Shown here piece by piece: positions 8,084 through 18,150 of a stretch of 64,000 bases of DNA. The notes beneath the pieces were generated by a model that did no database searches, was not told where the DNA came from, and saw nothing but the letters and a program-made list of their open reading frames with translations. The stretch lies in assembly GCF_020402745.1 (NCBI RefSeq), contig NZ_JADBYZ010000024.1. One strand, written 5' to 3'. The DNA comes from Phenylobacterium sp. (GTDB lineage Bacteria > Pseudomonadota > Alphaproteobacteria > Caulobacterales > Caulobacteraceae). The position numbers and the translations under genes are program-made. Within the stretch, counting starts at the first letter, position 1; each line of letters opens with the position of its first letter.

Positions 8084-9526
8084 ATGCTGACCCTTGTCGC
8101 CCTTCTGGTCCTGACGGCCTTCTCGGGCGCCGTTTTCTGGGCCGGTCGCAGACGCGCGGGTGCGATCGCCCGGGGGTCAAGCGCGCCCATCAACTCCCGC
8201 CCCGGACACCATGGCGCCTACGCTGCTGTCTGGACCGCCGCCCCCGCCGCCCTGGTCCTGATCCTGGTGGGTTTCCTCGGCGACCGGGTGGAGGAGTCCC
8301 TGGTGGAGTCCCGCCTGCCGGCCGTCGTGCGCGCGATGGAGGCGGCCGAGCGGCAGGTCTTCCTGGACGACGCCATCTCCCTCGCTCGGGGTCAGGCGCG
8401 AAGCGAAACGCCCTACGCCCCGGAAGTGCAGGCCGCCCTGGAGGTCGCCGCCGCCGAGGTGAAGGCGCTGGAGTTCCGGCTGCACCTCTTCAGCCTGGCC
8501 GCCGCCGCCGTCCTGGCCCTGGCCGGGGCCAGCTGGGGATTGACCCGGATCCGGGCCGCGTTCCGCGCCCGGGAGGGCGTCGAGCGCTGGGTGAAGGGCC
8601 TGTTGCTGGCGTGCTCTGTCACGGCGGTTTTCACGACCGTCGGGATTGTCGCCTCCCTTGTCTGGGAGAGCTGGCGCTTCTTCCAGGCCGTGCCGCTTCC
8701 GGCTTTCCTCTTCGGCCTCGAGTGGGATCCGCAGAGCGCCATGTACGCCGACCAGGTCGTTTCGGAAGGCGCCTTCGGGGCCATTCCCCTGTTCGCCGGC
8801 ACCTTCCTGATCATGCTGATCTCCATGACGGTGGCCGCGCCCGTGGGCCTGTTCGCCGCCATCTATCTTTCTGAATACGCCTCCGCCCGCACCCGTAGCG
8901 TGGTTAAGCCCCTGTTGGAGGTGCTCGCGGGGGTGCCGACCGTGGTCTACGGCTTCTTCGCCGCCTTGACGGTGGGGCCCCTGTTCCGGGCCGGATTCAA
9001 CGCCATCGGCGCCGAGCTGGTCGGCGGCCCGTTCAACGATCTGGGGCTCTACCTGGGCGAGGTCCAGAACCAGATGGCCCTGGTCGCCGGTGCGGTCATG
9101 GGGGTGATGCTGATCCCCTTTGTCTCTTCTCTGTCTGACGACATCATCAACGCCGTCCCCCAGTCGCTGCGCGACGGCAGCCTGGCCATGGGCGCCACAC
9201 GCTCTGAGACCGTGAAGAAGGTGGTGCTGCCCGCAGCCCTGCCGGGGGTTATGGCGGCTATGCTTCTGGCGGTCTCACGGGCTGTAGGCGAGACCATGAT
9301 CGTGACCATGGCCGCCGGCCTCCAGGCCAATACGACCCTCAACCCGCTGGAGACTGTGACGACGGTCACGGTGCAGATCGTCACCCTGCTGACGGGCGAC
9401 CAGGAATTCGACAGCCCGCGCACCCTGTCGGCCTTCGGCCTTGGCCTGACACTCTTCGTGGTGACGCTCGCCCTGAACGTGATCGCCCTGCGGATCGTGC
9501 AGAAGTATCGGGAACAGTATGACTGA
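8084..9526 (+). CDS. pstC: Phosphate ABC transporter permease PstC (long form)
   Basis: 480 aa multi-pass membrane protein. It has a permease EAA-like loop (SRAVGETMIVTMAAG) and sits between phoR and pstA. Confidence 0.88.
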   Translation: MLTLVALLVLTAFSGAVFWAGRRRAGAIARGSSAPINSRPGHHGAYAAVWTAAPAALVLILVGFLGDRVEESLVESRLPAVVRAMEAAERQVFLDDAISLARGQARSETPYAPEVQAALEVAAAEVKALEFRLHLFSLAAAAVLALAGASWGLTRIRAAFRAREGVERWVKGLLLACSVTAVFTTVGIVASLVWESWRFFQAVPLPAFLFGLEWDPQSAMYADQVVSEGAFGAIPLFAGTFLIMLISMTVAAPVGLFAAIYLSEYASARTRSVVKPLLEVLAGVPTVVYGFFAALTVGPLFRAGFNAIGAELVGGPFNDLGLYLGEVQNQMALVAGAVMGVMLIPFVSSLSDDIINAVPQSLRDGSLAMGATRSETVKKVVLPAALPGVMAAMLLAVSRAVGETMIVTMAAGLQANTTLNPLETVTTVTVQIVTLLTGDQEFDSPRTLSAFGLGLTLFVVTLALNVIALRIVQKYREQYD

Positions 9527-10805
9527 CATCCGCCCTGCATCGGACGACCTCAAGGCCGCCGTAGCCCGGCGGCTTAAGGCCCGGAACGCGGCCGAGCGGC
9601 GCTTTCAGCTGTATGGCCGGATCGCGATCGCCGTCGCCTTGGGTTTCCTTGTTCTTTTGCTGGGGCGTATCGTCCAGCAGGGTTGGTCGACCTTTATCGA
9701 CTACCGGCTTACGACGCAGGTCTATCTGGACCCGACGCGGATCGACGCCGCGGATCCCGGCGGGGCCAATTACGACCTCCTGATCGCTGAGCAGCTGCTC
9801 AAGCGGATCGGCGTGGCGGACGATGAGTACGGCTCGCGCAGCGACGCCATGAAGGACCTTCTGTCCGGCGACCTTGGCTTCCAGGTCCTGGACAGCGTCA
9901 AGGCGGATCCCGCCGTCATCGGCAAGACCTTGACTCTTTCTGCTCCCCTCAAGGCCGATGCCGGCCTCTACTTCAAGGGCCAGATTCAGCGCACCTCCCC
10001 GGCCGAGGAGCGTCCGCTCAGCGACGAGCAACTGGACTGGCTGGATCAGCTCAGAGCCGAGGGCCTGGTGCAGTCAGGCTTCAACACCACCTTCCTGACC
10101 CGGTCCGACTCTACTGAACCCGAGCAGGCGGGTGTCTTGGGCGCTGTGGTCGGATCAGCCCTGATGCTGTTGCTGACCGCCGCCCTCGCCATTCCTATCG
10201 GCGTTCTGGCGGCGACCTATCTTGAGGAGTTTGCGCCCAAGAACCGGTGGACCGACCTCGTCGAGGTGAACATCAACAACCTGGCCGCAGTCCCCTCCAT
10301 CGTCTACGGCCTGCTGGGCCTTGCGGTCTTCATCAACTGGATGAATGTGCCCAGATCCTCGCCCCTGGTGGGTGGGCTGGTCCTGGCGCTGATGTCCCTG
10401 CCGACGGTGATCATCGCCACTCGGTCCGCGCTGAGGGCGGTTCCCCCGTCGATCCGCGAGGCCGCCCTGGCCCTCGGCGCCTCAAAGACCCAGACTGTTT
10501 TCCACCACGTTCTTCCCCTGGCCCTTCCAGGCGTGATGACGGGCGCCATCCTGTCCCTCGCCCACGCCCTGGGCGAGACCGCGCCGCTGCTGATGGTGGG
10601 CATGGTCTCCTTCGTCCCAGGCGTCCCGGACGCCCTGACCTCGGCCAGCACCGTCCTGCCGGTCCAGATCTTCATCTGGGAGAATGCGTCCGAGCGCGCC
10701 TTCCAGGAGCGCACAGCCGCCGCCATCATGGTGCTGCTGGCCTTTATGATTATCATGAACCTCGCCGCCGTCCTCCTGAGGCGCCGGTTCGAACGCCGCT
10801 GGTGA
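9519..10805 (+). CDS. pstA: Phosphate ABC transporter permease PstA (long form)
   Basis: 428 aa. It has the permease loop [14 protein letters not shown] and the PstA-like C-terminus VLPVQIFIW. The start overlaps the pstC end by 8 nt. Confidence 0.88.
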   Translation: MTDIRPASDDLKAAVARRLKARNAAERRFQLYGRIAIAVALGFLVLLLGRIVQQGWSTFIDYRLTTQVYLDPTRIDAADPGGANYDLLIAEQLLKRIGVADDEYGSRSDAMKDLLSGDLGFQVLDSVKADPAVIGKTLTLSAPLKADAGLYFKGQIQRTSPAEERPLSDEQLDWLDQLRAEGLVQSGFNTTFLTRSDSTEPEQAGVLGAVVGSALMLLLTAALAIPIGVLAATYLEEFAPKNRWTDLVEVNINNLAAVPSIVYGLLGLAVFINWMNVPRSSPLVGGLVLALMSLPTVIIATRSALRAVPPSIREAALALGASKTQTVFHHVLPLALPGVMTGAILSLAHALGETAPLLMVGMVSFVPGVPDALTSASTVLPVQIFIWENASERAFQERTAAAIMVLLAFMIIMNLAAVLLRRRFERRW

Positions 10806-10809
10806 CAAG

Positions 10810-11634
10810 ATGACAGACGCCCAAGTCTCGCCCCCTCGACTGAACGCCTCCGCCGCCGCCGCCGCCCCGGCCGAGGGTGCGCCGCGGATATCGGCCAGTT
10901 CAGTGAATGTCTTCTATGGAGACAAGCAGGCCCTCTTTGATATCGACCTGGACGTGCCCGACCGGGCGGTCACCGCCCTGATCGGCCCGTCCGGCTGCGG
11001 CAAGTCCACCTTCCTGCGGTGCATCAACCGCATGAACGACACCATCCCGGGCGCCCGGGTCGAGGGTCGCATCCTCCTGGATGGCGAGGACGTGAACGAT
11101 CGCAGTCTTGACCCGGTTCTGCTGCGGGCGCGTGTGGGAATGGTGTTCCAGAAGCCCAACCCCTTTCCGAAGAGCATCTTCGAGAACGTTGCCTACGGGC
11201 CGAAGATCCATGGGATCGCGACCTCCCGATCAGAGCTTGAGGGCGTGGTCGAGCAGGCCCTGAAGCGGGCCGGCCTCTGGAAGGAGGTCTCTGACCGCCT
11301 GGACCAGCCGGGCACCGGCCTGTCCGGCGGCCAACAGCAACGCCTGGTGATCGCCCGCGCCATAGCCATCAATCCCGAGGTGATTCTGATGGACGAGCCC
11401 TGCTCGGCCCTCGACCCTATCGCTACGGCGCGGATCGAGGAGCTGATCGACGAGCTCCGAGCGCAATACTGCATTATCATCGTCACCCACTCGATGGCCC
11501 AGGCCGCGCGGGTCTCGCAGCGCACGGCCTTCTTCCACATGGGCCGGCTGGTCGAGGCCGGACCGACGGGCGACATCTTCACCCGTCCCGGGGACTCACG
11601 GACCCAGGACTACATCACCGGCCGGTTCGGCTGA
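10810..11634 (+). CDS. pstB: Phosphate ABC transporter ATP-binding protein PstB
   Basis: It has Walker [10 protein letters not shown], the signature LSGGQQQRL and Walker [12 protein letters not shown]. The PstB-typical C-terminus [10 protein letters not shown] is present. Confidence 0.95.
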   Translation: MTDAQVSPPRLNASAAAAAPAEGAPRISASSVNVFYGDKQALFDIDLDVPDRAVTALIGPSGCGKSTFLRCINRMNDTIPGARVEGRILLDGEDVNDRSLDPVLLRARVGMVFQKPNPFPKSIFENVAYGPKIHGIATSRSELEGVVEQALKRAGLWKEVSDRLDQPGTGLSGGQQQRLVIARAIAINPEVILMDEPCSALDPIATARIEELIDELRAQYCIIIVTHSMAQAARVSQRTAFFHMGRLVEAGPTGDIFTRPGDSRTQDYITGRFG

Positions 11635-11644
11635 GGGCGATCCC

Positions 11645-12340
11645 ATGAACGAGCACATCGTCAAGTCCTACGAAGACGAGCTGAACGCCCTGGGGGCCGC
11701 TTGCGCCCGACTCGGGGGCCTTGCCGAGGCCCAGCTGGGGGACGCCGTGGACGCCGTCGTTCGGCGTGATCCGGCCCTCGCCACCAAGGTTCTCCAGCAG
11801 GACGACCGGCTGGACGAGATCGAGGCCGACATCGAGCAGAAGGCCATCCGGCTGATCGCCCTGCGCCAGCCCATGGCCAACGACCTTCGCAAGACCATGG
11901 CGGCGATGAAGATCGCCTCCAACCTCGAGCGGTGCGGCGATCTCGCCAAGAACATCGCCAAGCGCACTCTGATCCTGTCGGAGATCGAGCCCATGCCGAC
12001 CCTGAACCGCTCCATCGAGCGGATGGGGCGCCTGGTGGAGACCCGGCTGAAGGAGGTTCTGGACGCCTACATCTCCAAAGACGCCGAGCGGGCGATGGAG
12101 GTCTGGCGGCGCGACGAGGAGGTGGACGCGCACTACAACAGCCTGTTCCGGGAGCTGCTGACCTACATGATGGGCGATCCCCGGACCATCACCGCCTGCG
12201 CCCACCTACTGTTCGTGGCCAAGAACCTCGAGCGCATCGGCGACCACGCCACCAACATCGCCGAGATCGTTCACTACGAGATCAGCGGCGAACAGGTCAG
12301 CCCCGCGGACCGTCCGCGGGCTGACGACCTGAGGGTTTAA
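11645..12340 (+). CDS. phoU: Phosphate signalling regulator PhoU
   Basis: 231 aa with two PhoU repeats carrying LERCGDLAKNIAK and LERIGDHATNIAE. It lies between pstB and phoB. Confidence 0.93.
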   Translation: MNEHIVKSYEDELNALGAACARLGGLAEAQLGDAVDAVVRRDPALATKVLQQDDRLDEIEADIEQKAIRLIALRQPMANDLRKTMAAMKIASNLERCGDLAKNIAKRTLILSEIEPMPTLNRSIERMGRLVETRLKEVLDAYISKDAERAMEVWRRDEEVDAHYNSLFRELLTYMMGDPRTITACAHLLFVAKNLERIGDHATNIAEIVHYEISGEQVSPADRPRADDLRV

Positions 12341-12344
12341 TCCC

Positions 12345-13061
12345 ATGTCCATGAATCCCCGGATCCTGGTGGTGGAGGACGACGACGCCCTCGGCACCCT
12401 GTTGCGCTACAATCTCGAGAGAGAGGGTTATGCGGTCGCCGTGGCCACGGATGGCGAGGAGGCCCTTATCCAGACGGAGGAGCATCTTCCCGACCTCGTG
12501 GTGCTGGACTGGATGTTGCCCAAGGTCTCGGGGATTGAGGTCTGTCGCCGCCTTCGCCAGCGACCGCAGAGCCGTAACATCCCCATCATCATGCTTACCG
12601 CCCGGGGTGAGGAGAGCGACCGCATCCGCGGGCTCGACACCGGCGCCGACGACTATGTGGTCAAGCCCTTCGCCGTGACCGAGTTGGCGGCCCGCATACG
12701 TGCAGTTCTGCGCCGGCTGAGACCCGGGCTCGCTGAGGACACTGTGGTCCGGGGCCCCCTGGCGCTGGACCGCTCCGCCCACCGGGTCACCCGGGAAGGC
12801 GAGGAGGTCCACCTGGGACCGACCGAGTTCCGGCTCCTGGACTTCTTCATGCAGAACCCGGGCCGGGTCTTCAGCCGGGAACAGCTGCTGGACGCTGTGT
12901 GGGGGTCGGACGTCTACGTCGAGGCGCGGACCGTCGACGTCCACATCGGCAGGTTGCGCAAGGCCCTGTCCCGCGGTGCGCCCGGCTTCGATCCTATCCG
13001 GACCGTCCGGTCGGCGGGTTACGCCCTGGAGGTCGACCGTCGGAAGGTTGGGGCCGATTGA
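12345..13061 (+). CDS. phoB: Phosphate regulon response regulator PhoB (OmpR family)
   Basis: It has a receiver domain (RILVVEDDD, DLVVLDWMLP, IIMLTARGEE) and a winged-helix output domain (RTVDVHIGRLRKAL, IRTVRSAGYAL). Confidence 0.93.
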   Translation: MSMNPRILVVEDDDALGTLLRYNLEREGYAVAVATDGEEALIQTEEHLPDLVVLDWMLPKVSGIEVCRRLRQRPQSRNIPIIMLTARGEESDRIRGLDTGADDYVVKPFAVTELAARIRAVLRRLRPGLAEDTVVRGPLALDRSAHRVTREGEEVHLGPTEFRLLDFFMQNPGRVFSREQLLDAVWGSDVYVEARTVDVHIGRLRKALSRGAPGFDPIRTVRSAGYALEVDRRKVGAD

Positions 13062-13092
13062 CCTGAACGCACGGCCGCGCGAAAGGCGGGCC

Positions 13093-14370
13093 ATGAACAT
13101 CCTTCTCGTCGGATCGGGCGGGCGCGAGCACGCCCTGGCCTGGAAGATCGCCGCCTCCCCCCTGACCCGCCGCCTCGTCATGGCCCCCGGCAATCCTGGC
13201 ATGGCGGCCCTCGGTGAGCTTGTCCCGGTGAAGCCGACCGAGGTTGCTCAGCTGGTCGCCCTGGCGCGAGAGATCGCCGCCGACCTGGTGGTGATCGGTC
13301 CCGAGGCCTCAGTGGAGGCCGGGCTTGCCGACGCCCTCGCCGTCGCCGCAATCCCCTGCTTTGGCCCCATCGCCGCCGCCGGCCAGCTGGAGAGCTCAAA
13401 AGCCTTCACCAAGGCCTTCTGCGACCGGCACGGCCTGCCCACCGCCGCCTGGGTGGCGTGCGAGGACGCCGCCTCGGCGCGGACCGCCCTGGACCGGTTC
13501 TCGCCGCCTTACGTGGTCAAGGCCGACGGTCTCGCCGCCGGAAAGGGCGTCACTGTGGCGCCCGACCGGGCGACGGCGGAGGCGGCGATCGACGACGCCC
13601 TGGGGGGCCGGTTCGGCGCTGCGGGCGCCCGAGTGGTCATTGAGGAGTTTCTCGAGGGCGAGATCGGCTCGCTGTTCGTGCTGTCGGACGGCCAGACGGT
13701 CCGGTTCTTCGGCGCGGCGCAGGACCACAAGCGGGCCTTTGACGGCGAACGGGGCCCGAATACGGGCGGCATGGGAACCTACTCCCCGGCGCCGGTCTTC
13801 ACCGCGACCCTGGTCGATCAGGTGATGACGAGGCTGGCCATACCCGCCGTGAAGGGTATCGCCGCCGAGGGCGCGCCCTATCGCGGCGCCCTGTTCGTCG
13901 AGCTGATGGCCACAGCGGATGGGCCCCGTCTGGTGGAGTTCAACGCCCGCTTCGGCGATCCCGAATGCCAGGTGCTCATGTTGCTGTTGAAAAGCGACCT
14001 GGTTCCCTACCTGCTCGCCTGCGCGAACGGGACCCTGGCGGATCTGCCGGCTCCGGAATGGCGGGACGAGGTGGCGGTCTGCGTGGTCATGGCCGCTGAA
14101 GGGTATCCGGACGCCCCGCGCACCGGATCGGCCATCCTGGGCGCTGAACAGGACTTCGGGCCGGATGTGGCGGTCTTCCACGCCGGCACGACGCGGGACG
14201 CCGAAGGGTTCCTGAGGGCGGCGGGAGGGCGGGTGCTGAACGTGTGCGCCCGGGGTCCTGACCTGCAGACCGCGCGTGACCGGGCCTATGCGGCCATCGC
14301 CCGCATCGACTGGCCCGAAAGCTTCCACCGCACCGACATCGGCTGGCGCGCCCTGACTCCCCGAAGCTGA
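13093..14370 (+). CDS. purD: Phosphoribosylamine--glycine ligase
   Basis: I placed the start at ATG 13093 (MNILLVGSGGREHALAWKIA), so the track ORF N-terminal extension is rejected. It has an ATP-grasp core and NARFGDPE. Confidence 0.93.
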   Translation: MNILLVGSGGREHALAWKIAASPLTRRLVMAPGNPGMAALGELVPVKPTEVAQLVALAREIAADLVVIGPEASVEAGLADALAVAAIPCFGPIAAAGQLESSKAFTKAFCDRHGLPTAAWVACEDAASARTALDRFSPPYVVKADGLAAGKGVTVAPDRATAEAAIDDALGGRFGAAGARVVIEEFLEGEIGSLFVLSDGQTVRFFGAAQDHKRAFDGERGPNTGGMGTYSPAPVFTATLVDQVMTRLAIPAVKGIAAEGAPYRGALFVELMATADGPRLVEFNARFGDPECQVLMLLLKSDLVPYLLACANGTLADLPAPEWRDEVAVCVVMAAEGYPDAPRTGSAILGAEQDFGPDVAVFHAGTTRDAEGFLRAAGGRVLNVCARGPDLQTARDRAYAAIARIDWPESFHRTDIGWRALTPRS

Positions 14371-14553
14371 GGCTCAGCAGGTGACGTCCAGCAGGTCAGT
14401 CTGACCACCGCATCGATGGCGTTGTCGGCCTCGGCGTCTGCGAACCTCCTGGCCAGGCCGGCCGCCGGGAGACTTCCCGCTGGCGAGGCGACGCCGCGGA
14501 ACGCACGGCCCGTCCCGTCCCGCAGCGTCGATCTGAAGCTCTGAGCGCGGGGA

Positions 14554-17500
14554 TCAGACGACGATGTCGCCGGCGGCGATCTCGGTATTGTCAATCCCGG
14601 TGAGGACGATCACCTCGTCCGCCACCCCATCGGAGTTGGTGTCGATAAACAGGTAGCCGTTCGTCGCGTCGAACTGGAAGGCGTAAAGCCGGGCCGCGGA
14701 TGAGGTCCCGTTCAGGGTGGCGAGAGCGGCGTTGGCGTCGGTCAGGGCGGCGCTGAAGCTCGCCGCCGCCGAGCCAGCCTCGACATAGTTCCCGGTACCC
14801 GCAGTGGGATTTCCGGCCAGACCGAGCCTGAGCACGTCGACCCCACTGGCGAAATCGCCAATCACGTCCGCGGTCGGCACCGTGATCCCGGAGGCGCCCG
14901 TCGCAAAGACAAAGGCATCCGCTCCGGCCCCGCCGGTCAGGCTGTCCGCGCCCGCGCCGCCCGTGAGGGTATCCGCTACGGCGGAGCCGGTCAGGGTCTC
15001 GGCGCCGCCGACCCCCGTCACGGTCACGGCGAGGTTGGTCAGACCGGTCAGTGCCGCGAGGGTGACGTTCGTTCCTGAAGCCGCCGTCACCGCAAGGGTC
15101 TCGGTCCCACCGCCTGTGGTTCCGCTCACCACCCAAGCCTGGCCCGTGATCTGAGCGTCAGTGAAGGTCGCCACCGTTCCATCGGCCAGGCTCAAGGCCT
15201 CAATGTTGGCCAAGGTTACGCCGGTCAGATCGGTGCTTGCGGTCAGGCGCACGGTGTCGGTCCCGGATCCCCCGTCCACCGTTTCTCCCGTCGCAGCGTC
15301 AGAGGTTCCGGCGTAGATGAAGGTGTCGTTGTTGCCGCCGCCGCTCAGGGTGTCGGCCCCGGCGCCGCCAACGAGGGTGTCGTCCCCGGCGAGACCCGAG
15401 ATTGAATCCCCCCCATTCAAGCCGGAGATGTTCTCATTCCCGCCTGCGCCTACAAGGTTCAGGGTCAGGCCGCTATAGCCCAGGTTTGGCGCGGTGTAGG
15501 ACGTGCCTGAGGCGATATTGACCTCCAGGCTTGCGCCGCCGGAACCGCTCGCGGACCCAAAGTTCGCCAACTGGCTGGTGCTCAGCGTCGCCGTAGACGC
15601 CACCACAACAAGGTTCTCCACTTGAGTGAAGTTGACCCCGGGGTCGAACGCCGTGGTCGCCGTCACCCGCACGGTATCGGTCCCGCCGCCGCCGTCCACT
15701 GTCTCCCCGGCCGCCGTGTCGGACGTACCGGCGTAGACGAAGGTGTCGTCGCCGCCCCCGCCGATGAGACTGTCAGCCCCGGCGCCGCCGGAGAGGGTGT
15801 CATTCCCCTGGTCTCCGTTCAGGGTGTCGTTCCCGGCCAGGCCCGAGATCGAGTCCACTCCGACCCAGCCCGTGATGCTCTCATTTCCGATCGCCCCCGA
15901 AAGGCTCGGCGTCAGGTTTGTAAAGCCCAGATTCGGCAGGGTGTATGTCGCCCCCGAGGCCACATTGATCACCAGGGAGGCGCTTCCCGCGGCGCTCGCC
16001 GAGCTGAAGGCCGCCATCTGGGTGTGGGTCAGGGTCGCCGTCGCCCCGGTGGCGATCTCCAGCACCTCGACATTGGTGAAGGTGGCGCCGGGGTCGAAGA
16101 CGGTCGTCGCGGTTACCCGCACTGTATCGGTCCCGGCGCCGCCGTCCACGGTCTCTCCGGCCGCTGAGTCCGATGTCCCGGCGAAGAGGATCAGGTCGTC
16201 GCCTGCGTCGGCGCTCAGATTGTCGCTTCCCGCGCCACCCGACAGGATGTCCGCCCCCCCGCCACCGGAGAGGGTTTCGACGCCCGCCCCGCCGGCGAGA
16301 GTATCGGCCCCGTCATCGCCGCTGAGGCTCGCGGCGCCGGTCCCGCCGGACAGGCTGTCTCCGTCAGCCCCGCCAATGAGCGTGTCCGCGCCTCCCCCAG
16401 CGACGGCGGTGTCCGCCCCTGCGCCGCCGATGAAATAGTCGATTCCGCCGGCGCCGAGCAGGCTGTCGTCGCCCGCCCCGCCGTCCGACAGCACGGAGGC
16501 TCCGCCGACTGAACCGGTCAGGTCAAAGTCATCGTCACCGTCACCGCCGATCAGGGTGGCGACCCCGGCGCTGGTCATCGCCTGGGCCAGGGTGTCGTTT
16601 CCGAGGCCTCCGTCGACGGAATCCACGCCGCCGCCGGCGCTCAGGCTGTCGTCGCCGCCGCCGCCGAGCAGGCTGTCGGCGCCGGCGCCGGAAGTCAACG
16701 TATCCCCGCCCTCGCCCCCGAGGACGCTGTTGTCGCCGGCGGCCGCCAGGAGGCTGTCCGCTCCGGTTTCGCCGGTCAGGGTATCCGCGCCTGCGCCCGC
16801 AGAGGCCGTGTCGGCGCCATCGCCCAGTTGGATGACGTTGGCTCCGCCGCTGTCGCTGACGCTGTCGTCACCGCTGCCGGCGAGGATGTGGTCCGCCGCA
16901 GTTCCCGCCTGGATCCGGTCATTTCCGGCGCCGCCATCAATGGAATCTGCTCCGCCGCCGCCAACCAGGGTGTCGGCGCCATCCGCGCCGATCAGGAAAT
17001 CGCTCCCCGTGCCCGCGGTGACGGAATCATCTCCGAGGTCGCCGGTGAGGTAGTTGGCGCCGTCGCCTCCCGACAGGGTGTCATTACCCTGCCCGCCCAG
17101 CAGGGTGTCGCCGCCTCCAAGGGCTGTCAGGACATCATCCCCGAGATTGCCATGGGCGTAGTTCAGGCCCGCATCGGCAACGATGCTGTCGCCGCCCTGG
17201 CCGCCGAGCAGGGTGTCCCCCTCGGTCCCTCCGACTAGGGTGTCATTGCCCTGGTTGCCGTTGGCGAGGTCTGCTCCGCCGCCGCCCGTAATCAGGTCAT
17301 TCCCGTCGCCGCCGTACAGCTGCTCGGCCGCGGTTCCCCCAAGCAGGGTATCGTTGCCAAGATCCCCGGAGAGATAGTCGGACCCGCCGGCGCCGGACAG
17401 ACTGTCATTACCCTGGCCGCCGAGCAGGGTGTCTGCGCTGGTCCCGCCCAGGAGAGTGTCACTCCCCAGATTGCCGTGTCCGTAGTTTTGCCCGTCGCCG

Positions 17501-18003
17501 AGCCCGAGGGTGTCATCTCCCTGGCCACCCAGAAGGGTATCGGAGCCGCTGCCGCCCGCCAGGCTGTCATTGCCCTGGTTACCCTGGAGATAATCATCGC
17601 CGGCCAGGCCGGCCAGGGTGTCCGCGCCGTCGCCGCCGTGCAGGGCGTCGGGCGTTGTCCCGCCCGAAACCGAGTCCGCGCCCTGGCTGCCGATGAGCAG
17701 CCGGGACCCGTCGGGGAAGGTGATCTGTCCGGCGGAGGATCCCAAGCCGGCTATGCCTGGCGGGGTGGTGCCTGAGCCATTGAAAACGAGGGTTCTTCCA
17801 CCGAAGGTGATGGTCACCGAGGGCGTCGATCCGACCTCTCCGGTGAAGAAGTTCGGCGGGATGTAGGGCACCAGGGTCAGGGTTACATCCCGGGCGGTGG
17901 CGCCGGGAGTCGAGAAGGTCAGGGTGTCTGTCGATACGAAGGCCGCCGCTTGCTCGGCGGTCATGCTCTCAAAGACATAGTTGGTCACGGCCGAATCCCT
18001 CAA
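14554..18003 (-). CDS. Large RTX-type calcium-binding repeat protein, probable type I secretion substrate (adhesin/S-layer-like)
   Basis: 1149 aa. It carries dozens of GGxGxD nonapeptide repeats (e.g. LLGGQGNDTLSGGDGANYLTGDLGDDS) and has no Cys. The acidic, Gly/Ala/Thr-rich C-terminus (...LYAFQFDATNGYLFIDTNSDGVADEVIVLTGIDNTEIAAGDIVV) resembles T1SS substrates. An alternative start is GTG 17988, preceded by GAGGGA. Confidence 0.85.
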   Translation of the reverse strand: MRDSAVTNYVFESMTAEQAAAFVSTDTLTFSTPGATARDVTLTLVPYIPPNFFTGEVGSTPSVTITFGGRTLVFNGSGTTPPGIAGLGSSAGQITFPDGSRLLIGSQGADSVSGGTTPDALHGGDGADTLAGLAGDDYLQGNQGNDSLAGGSGSDTLLGGQGDDTLGLGDGQNYGHGNLGSDTLLGGTSADTLLGGQGNDSLSGAGGSDYLSGDLGNDTLLGGTAAEQLYGGDGNDLITGGGGADLANGNQGNDTLVGGTEGDTLLGGQGGDSIVADAGLNYAHGNLGDDVLTALGGGDTLLGGQGNDTLSGGDGANYLTGDLGDDSVTAGTGSDFLIGADGADTLVGGGGADSIDGGAGNDRIQAGTAADHILAGSGDDSVSDSGGANVIQLGDGADTASAGAGADTLTGETGADSLLAAAGDNSVLGGEGGDTLTSGAGADSLLGGGGDDSLSAGGGVDSVDGGLGNDTLAQAMTSAGVATLIGGDGDDDFDLTGSVGGASVLSDGGAGDDSLLGAGGIDYFIGGAGADTAVAGGGADTLIGGADGDSLSGGTGAASLSGDDGADTLAGGAGVETLSGGGGADILSGGAGSDNLSADAGDDLILFAGTSDSAAGETVDGGAGTDTVRVTATTVFDPGATFTNVEVLEIATGATATLTHTQMAAFSSASAAGSASLVINVASGATYTLPNLGFTNLTPSLSGAIGNESITGWVGVDSISGLAGNDTLNGDQGNDTLSGGAGADSLIGGGGDDTFVYAGTSDTAAGETVDGGGGTDTVRVTATTAFDPGVNFTQVENLVVVASTATLSTSQLANFGSASGSGGASLEVNIASGTSYTAPNLGYSGLTLNLVGAGGNENISGLNGGDSISGLAGDDTLVGGAGADTLSGGGNNDTFIYAGTSDAATGETVDGGSGTDTVRLTASTDLTGVTLANIEALSLADGTVATFTDAQITGQAWVVSGTTGGGTETLAVTAASGTNVTLAALTGLTNLAVTVTGVGGAETLTGSAVADTLTGGAGADSLTGGAGADAFVFATGASGITVPTADVIGDFASGVDVLRLGLAGNPTAGTGNYVEAGSAAASFSAALTDANAALATLNGTSSAARLYAFQFDATNGYLFIDTNSDGVADEVIVLTGIDNTEIAAGDIVV
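14913..16190 (-). repeat. Three tandem 140-150-aa modules inside the RTX gene
   Basis: Modules begin at residues about 606, 755 and 895. Each starts (F/Y)AGTSD(S/T/A)A(A/T)GETVDGG(A/G/S)GTDTVR(V/L)TA(T/S)T. A Thr/Ser/Ala-rich segment follows, and each ends in a short RTX block (SISGLAG(N/D)DTL...GGAGADSL). Confidence 0.75.
16203..17691 (-). repeat. Continuous array of RTX nonapeptide (GGxGxDxLx) coding repeats
   Basis: Residues about 105-600 of the RTX protein are almost uninterrupted Gly/Asp nonapeptide units. The DNA is correspondingly repetitive (recurring ggcggc/gacacc(c)tg units). Confidence 0.8.
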
Positions 18004-18150
18004 TGCCCAGGCTCACGAATCTCAAGTTCGTAAACTCGATAGGGTTAACAAATTACAGTCGCTGATCTCTGACGCGACCATGCTTGCCGCAGGACCCCGC
18101 CGTTCGCTAAGACCTTCTTCCAAGACACAGAACCGAGGGGAGCGAGGCTC

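Noticed and set aside
14554-18003. Highly repetitive DNA, considered as a CRISPR array or satellite.
   Set aside because: The repeats are in-frame codons for GGxGxD nonapeptides within one long ORF. There is no repeat-spacer architecture and no cas genes.
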